A stretch of DNA of 38,315 bases from Candidatus Hydrogenedentota bacterium (GTDB lineage Bacteria > JBFMHD01), in the NCBI GenBank assembly GCA_040752395.1, contig JBFMHD010000002.1, forward strand, positions 1-38,315, written 5' to 3'. Under the pieces are notes generated by a model. That model was not told where the DNA came from, ran no database searches, and saw only the letters and a program-made list of their open reading frames with translations. Shown piece by piece: positions 34,588 to 38,315 of this stretch. The position numbers were made by a program, and so were the translations under genes. Numbering within the stretch: the stretch's first letter is position 1; every line of letters begins with the position of its first letter.

Positions 34588-35940
34588 CTAATTACTATAA
34601 AGGAGATACTTTTTGCGTTTTTTCTGGAATGCGGTAAGTTTGGATTGCCAGGATTCGATTATCTTCTCTGGTTTTATCCCTTCATTAATAGATTTTCTGA
34701 CCATATCTGTTCCCCAGGCACGGTCAACCTGCAAAAGAGTTAGAGTATCACCTTCTGGCGCCCATTGAAATTTATCAGGCCATAATTTTTTTATATGATA
34801 TAATAAATATAAAGCTGTTTGCACTGGTTTATATTCATTAGGTTTAACATATATTTGTACACCATTAACAGATTCACCAACAAACCTGAAATAAAATGGT
34901 TTAACTGTTAAAGGACGAAACATAACACCAGGAAGTTTTGGTAAAGAGTTTGTAAGTGTATAACCATCGATCCATGGGGCACCTACAAGATGGAACGGCA
35001 TTGGCGTACCCACACCCTCGGATAGTGTTTTCATCTCGCCAATCAGACCCGTAACAGGGTAAAGAAAACAGGATTCTGGGGTAGGGATATGTGGCGAAGG
35101 CGGGACCCATGGAAGTTTTGTATCCCTGAATATCATTTTCCTTTTCCAGTTCAACATTGGAACGACTAAGAGATTTGCATTAATATTACATTCTTTATTA
35201 AAATAAAGAGCAAGCTCGGCAATAGTCATACCATGAACAACAGGTATCTCTGCTATACCAATAAATGATTTGAATTCAGGCTCAAGCACAGGACCATCAA
35301 GTGTGATGCCACCAATCGGGTTTGGTCGGTCAAGCACAATGACCCCTTTATTATTTTTCGCACAGGATTCCATAGCTAAATACATAGTTGAGATATATGT
35401 ATATGAACGCGAGCCAATGTCCTGTAAATCAATGATAAGATAATCGATATTTTTTAACATATCCGACGTAGGAGATTTAGTTTTACCATATAAAGAATAA
35501 ACAGGTAACCCTGTTTGAGAATCGATTGAGGAATCTATTTTTGTGCCTGCCAGGAGACTGCCGCGTATGCCGTGCTCAGGAGAAAATAAAGCTATGAGTT
35601 TAAAGTCAGATCTATTCCGAAGCAGATCAATAGTTGATTGTAGTTGTCTATCAACGCCTGTAGCATTTGTAAGCAGCCCAAGCTTTGCATCTTTTACAAC
35701 TGAATAATATTTTTTTTCAGAAAGGAATACTTCTATACCAGGGAGAACACCCGTTATCTTTTTAGTCTCTTTATTAGGGATATATACATCTTTTACGTTG
35801 ATAATTTGTTTTTGCAGTATGGCATAGCAGTCAGCAGGTGGTAGGATGGTTTGAGGGGTTGCCTCAGTATAAATAAAAAGAATAAATAAAAAAACGAATG
35901 AAGTCTGGTATTTTGAGTTTTGCATTTTGAATCTTTTCAC
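34588..35940 (-). CDS. namZ: Exo-beta-N-acetylmuramidase NamZ (DUF1343)
   Basis: GLLTNATG, FSPEHG, SLYG, DLQDIGSRSYTY, LDRPNP, HGMT..ELA, WVPPSPHIP and SEG.GT..PF motifs. The start may be ATG 35925. Confidence 0.9.
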   Translation of the reverse strand: MKRFKMQNSKYQTSFVFLFILFIYTEATPQTILPPADCYAILQKQIINVKDVYIPNKETKKITGVLPGIEVFLSEKKYYSVVKDAKLGLLTNATGVDRQLQSTIDLLRNRSDFKLIALFSPEHGIRGSLLAGTKIDSSIDSQTGLPVYSLYGKTKSPTSDMLKNIDYLIIDLQDIGSRSYTYISTMYLAMESCAKNNKGVIVLDRPNPIGGITLDGPVLEPEFKSFIGIAEIPVVHGMTIAELALYFNKECNINANLLVVPMLNWKRKMIFRDTKLPWVPPSPHIPTPESCFLYPVTGLIGEMKTLSEGVGTPMPFHLVGAPWIDGYTLTNSLPKLPGVMFRPLTVKPFYFRFVGESVNGVQIYVKPNEYKPVQTALYLLYHIKKLWPDKFQWAPEGDTLTLLQVDRAWGTDMVRKSINEGIKPEKIIESWQSKLTAFQKKRKKYLLYSN

Positions 35941-35986
35941 TCGACCTCACGTCTTGCTCGTTCTTGCTGCGGCATTTTTCTGTCTG

Positions 35987-36064
35987 TCAAATCCCTGTTC
36001 GCTTTTTCTCGCCGACATAATATTTCTTATCTCTACTGCTTTTTATAATATAGACATACCACCT
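35987..36064 (-). pseudogene. Truncated GIY-YIG endonuclease remnant
   Basis: Manual translation (R)WYVYIIKSSRDKKYYVG, then EKKRTGI-stop. AGG stands where an initiator ATG (MWYVYI) would be expected. Confidence 0.72.
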
Positions 36065-36077
36065 AATATTTACAATT

Positions 36078-36115
36078 GGCCTGCCATCCGAAGCTCCGAA
36101 GGAGCGCAGGATGGC
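36078..36115 (-). repeat. GC-rich palindromic element fused to the tRNA 3' end
   Basis: Minus strand GCCATCC-TGC-GCTCC-TTC-GGAGC-TTC-GGATGGC-AGGCC. Confidence 0.7.
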
Positions 36116-36186
36116 TGGGGGTCAGGGATTCGAACCCCGACTAGCGGAGTCAGAGTCCGCCGTCCTGCCAGTTAGACGAACCCCCA
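36112..36186 (-). tRNA. tRNA-Gln(CTG)
   Basis: Acceptor stem TGGGGGT/ACCCCCA with G-CCA end; anticodon arm GCGGA-CT-CTG-AC-TCCGC; T loop GGTTCGAATCC; 75 nt. Confidence 0.96.
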
Positions 36187-36238
36187 AGGAGAATTAATAC
36201 CAGGTCATTTACTATAATTTTTTATACATTAAATTTAG

Positions 36239-37513
36239 TCAAGATAATAATCTTGCATTATGTCTTCTAATATCTGCACTGAGTTTTGTATAAAAATCAT
36301 AATCGTCGTATACTGATAATGTACAATTATGTAATAAGGGTTCTATTGATATTTGGGGGTTCTTTTTAACTGAATATTCAAAATCAAATGAACCAGGAAC
36401 AGGTGAATATAAAGCAAGAAAAATCTTAAGCCCCAATTGTTTAATAAATTCTATTGTTTTTAAAACAGATTGTTTACTTATAAGTGGCGAGCCGTACATT
36501 GTATATACACCTATATCACTAAAACCAGGTTTCTTTAAATATCTGACTGCTTGTTCTATCTCGTGAGTATAAATTTTGCCACCGCTTGATTGCTGGAACT
36601 CAGTATCTGTGGTCTCGAAACCGAGACGTATAGTCTTAAAATTTGCTTCTTTTAAGAGATGTGCTATATCGTGATTGATCTTTCGAGCGTGGATAGCATT
36701 TGGGAGATGAAACCGTGCATTTTTAAATTTGCTTAAGGCTCTTAAAAATCTCTCTATATCGTTGTGATATAAAAGGGCATCATCTATAAATGAAAAATCT
36801 TTTACTCCTTTTGATACACCGTTTTCTATCAACTCTAAAACCGGTTCTATGGGTAATGAAATAAAATCAGGCTGGAGTAATTTTGTAACGCAATAGGAGC
36901 AATTAAATGGGCAACCCTCAGTTATTCTTATCTGATAACTCTTTATATTTTTATAGCAGCTGTAATCAGGGATAACATAATGCAAATCTACATCTAAATC
37001 CATCCCTAAAAATTCACCTAAATCAGTGGTATCAATAATTATTTGGTCTGCTCCGCTATATTTTTCAGAATGTTCTTTACAGAGGGTTGCGTATATACCA
37101 CCAAGACCGACAGGACCCTCATTAAAATATTTACGTACTAAATCTATTATCAATTTCACACCATCATACCAGTAAGTCATATACGAGGTTATTAGTATTT
37201 TATCAGGGTGCGGAATAGATTTAAAGAATTCCAGGACCAGTTCCTGATAGATACCGTAGATACCATATCTGCGTGGAATATTTTTTAAGATTTCGGGTTT
37301 AGGAATAAACTTTTTATAAAATTTACCAGAACCATTGCCGCGCTCATTTAAAAATATCATTCCGGGATAATATCTATCAAGACAATCAAGAAAAGAAGTT
37401 TCCATACCTTTCTCGTCAAGGACTCGTTTAATCTTTAAAAGACCGTATGGTTTCATCCAGAAATCAAACGCGGCAAAATCTGTTATCCAGGGGTTAATCA
37501 ATAAAACATGCAT
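36239..37513 (-). CDS. B12-binding-domain radical SAM protein
   Basis: N-terminal LLINPWI.DFAA.D.W.KP.GL, TS.MTYWY.G and LGG.YATL motifs; GCPFNCSYC; F.DDALL; R.GFET. Confidence 0.88.
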   Translation of the reverse strand: MHVLLINPWITDFAAFDFWMKPYGLLKIKRVLDEKGMETSFLDCLDRYYPGMIFLNERGNGSGKFYKKFIPKPEILKNIPRRYGIYGIYQELVLEFFKSIPHPDKILITSYMTYWYDGVKLIIDLVRKYFNEGPVGLGGIYATLCKEHSEKYSGADQIIIDTTDLGEFLGMDLDVDLHYVIPDYSCYKNIKSYQIRITEGCPFNCSYCVTKLLQPDFISLPIEPVLELIENGVSKGVKDFSFIDDALLYHNDIERFLRALSKFKNARFHLPNAIHARKINHDIAHLLKEANFKTIRLGFETTDTEFQQSSGGKIYTHEIEQAVRYLKKPGFSDIGVYTMYGSPLISKQSVLKTIEFIKQLGLKIFLALYSPVPGSFDFEYSVKKNPQISIEPLLHNCTLSVYDDYDFYTKLSADIRRHNARLLS

Positions 37514-37520
37514 AATAAGT

Positions 37521-38093
37521 TCAGGAGTTCAAGTGTTCAGGAGTTGAGGAGTCAGAAAGCTGAGATTTATACTTTTCTCGAACCCTATTAAAAAAAGTAG
37601 TAAATTCCAGAGTACGATAGTCAGGATATGTCCATTCAAGCGGCGTGTAAGATTTGTTTTTGTAAATCAGCGTGACCTCACAATGTATGCCTCTGCCAAG
37701 ATAAATTCTGTGTGAATAATCTTTTGTCGTAAGAAGAGCAATTTTTGAGAGTGTCAGATAGCCAGGGTCTAAATTTACCATTCGTTTGAAAGACCGGCTT
37801 TGATCTCCCTCCCTGCAAAACTCTTCTTCAATACTGTTTGTTTTGATCTTTATTTCCGGGAGTTTTTCAGGATTTATAAGGTTTGCAAAAGAATATATTA
37901 CTTTATTAAGAGTGCTGCCCATCTCTTCATTATAATAATCTGTATACGTGAATTCTATTTCATCGCTTTTATCATCAATTTCACCGAAGACAGTAATCAA
38001 TCTCGATTCAATATCAGGTAACGATATGGTATGTGTATTATACATCAGACTGCAGAACAATTTGTAATTTTGTTGGAATCTAATATTTCCCAT
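37521..38093 (-). CDS. DUF4416 family protein
   Basis: T.YY..EMG, K..TN..E, R.VNLDPGY, L.TTK...HRIYL..G and WTYPDY motifs. Confidence 0.85.
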   Translation of the reverse strand: MGNIRFQQNYKLFCSLMYNTHTISLPDIESRLITVFGEIDDKSDEIEFTYTDYYNEEMGSTLNKVIYSFANLINPEKLPEIKIKTNSIEEEFCREGDQSRSFKRMVNLDPGYLTLSKIALLTTKDYSHRIYLGRGIHCEVTLIYKNKSYTPLEWTYPDYRTLEFTTFFNRVREKYKSQLSDSSTPEHLNS

Positions 38094-38099
38094 AATTTA

Positions 38100-38254
38100 C
38101 TCCTCTGAAAAACGCTGTCACTCTAATAATTCGGGGTACAGGCTACAGGCTACGGACTACAGCCGGCTGGAGCCCAAAGCCCAAAGCCTGCTGAAAAGTC
38201 TTGAGTCTCGAGTCTCGAGTCCTGTTTTGACTCACGACTTGCGACTTGTGACTC
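38100..38254 (-). repeat. Repeat G: direct copy of 9916-10056 with altered heptamer copy number
   Basis: ctcctctgaaaaacgctgt(c/a)actctaataattcggggtacaggctac...gagtcctgttttgactcacgact is shared with repeat F. Confidence 0.92.
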
Positions 38255-38315
38255 TTTTCATATCATCTTTAGTTTTTCATGCTTTGTGTAGAACGCAAAA
38301 ACGCAATAACCCAAT

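Noticed and set aside
35927-36175. 82-aa plus-strand ORF
   Set aside because: It is antisense to tRNA-Gln and the GIY-YIG remnant
572-38021. Many short antisense or nested ORFs in the track (e.g. 572-790, 2634-2930, 4988-5425, 12911-13207, 22609-22860, 32899-33231, 37800-38021)
   Set aside because: They are shadows of well-supported genes and carry no recognisable motifs
9916-38254. Reading the repeats as a CRISPR array or integron attC sites
   Set aside because: No regular repeat-spacer periodicity, no cas or integrase gene, no RYYYAAC...GTTRRRY boundaries, and mixed orientations

Overview
AT-rich window from what is probably an anaerobic diderm bacterium (inferred from the TonB-dependent receptor and the cobalt-early cbi genes; taxon not determinable by eye). 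The left 16 kb is one minus-strand B12 locus. It starts with a sigma70 promoter, a cobalamin riboswitch and an intrinsic terminator, followed by two PP-loop ATP-dependent ligases (Asn-synthase-like and Dph6-like). Next comes a Hmu/BtuS-like module (TonB receptor, DUF2162, MotA/TolQ/ExbB, DUF2149, secreted membrane-anchored CobN-like protein), then cbiX-C-D-E-L-F-G-H, ending at a transposase remnant. The rest holds a HepT/MntA toxin-antitoxin pair, a 2347-aa secreted M6 protease/GH18/FN3/dockerin-like protein, a surface-glycosylation cluster, a RelBE-like pair, an MBL hydrolase, namZ-murU-amgK, tRNA-Gln(CTG) followed by a CCA-pairing hairpin and a GIY-YIG remnant, a B12-radical SAM gene and DUF4416. 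The most striking unexplained structure is a family of about ten intergenic modular repeats sharing the terminus CAG(A/G)GGAG. They form near-identical inverted pairs around two ~7 kb blocks that each carry a toxin-antitoxin pair, lie just upstream of five start codons, supply two stop codons, and contain 7-nt-periodic bulged hairpins. Family calls come from motif recognition, not database searches.
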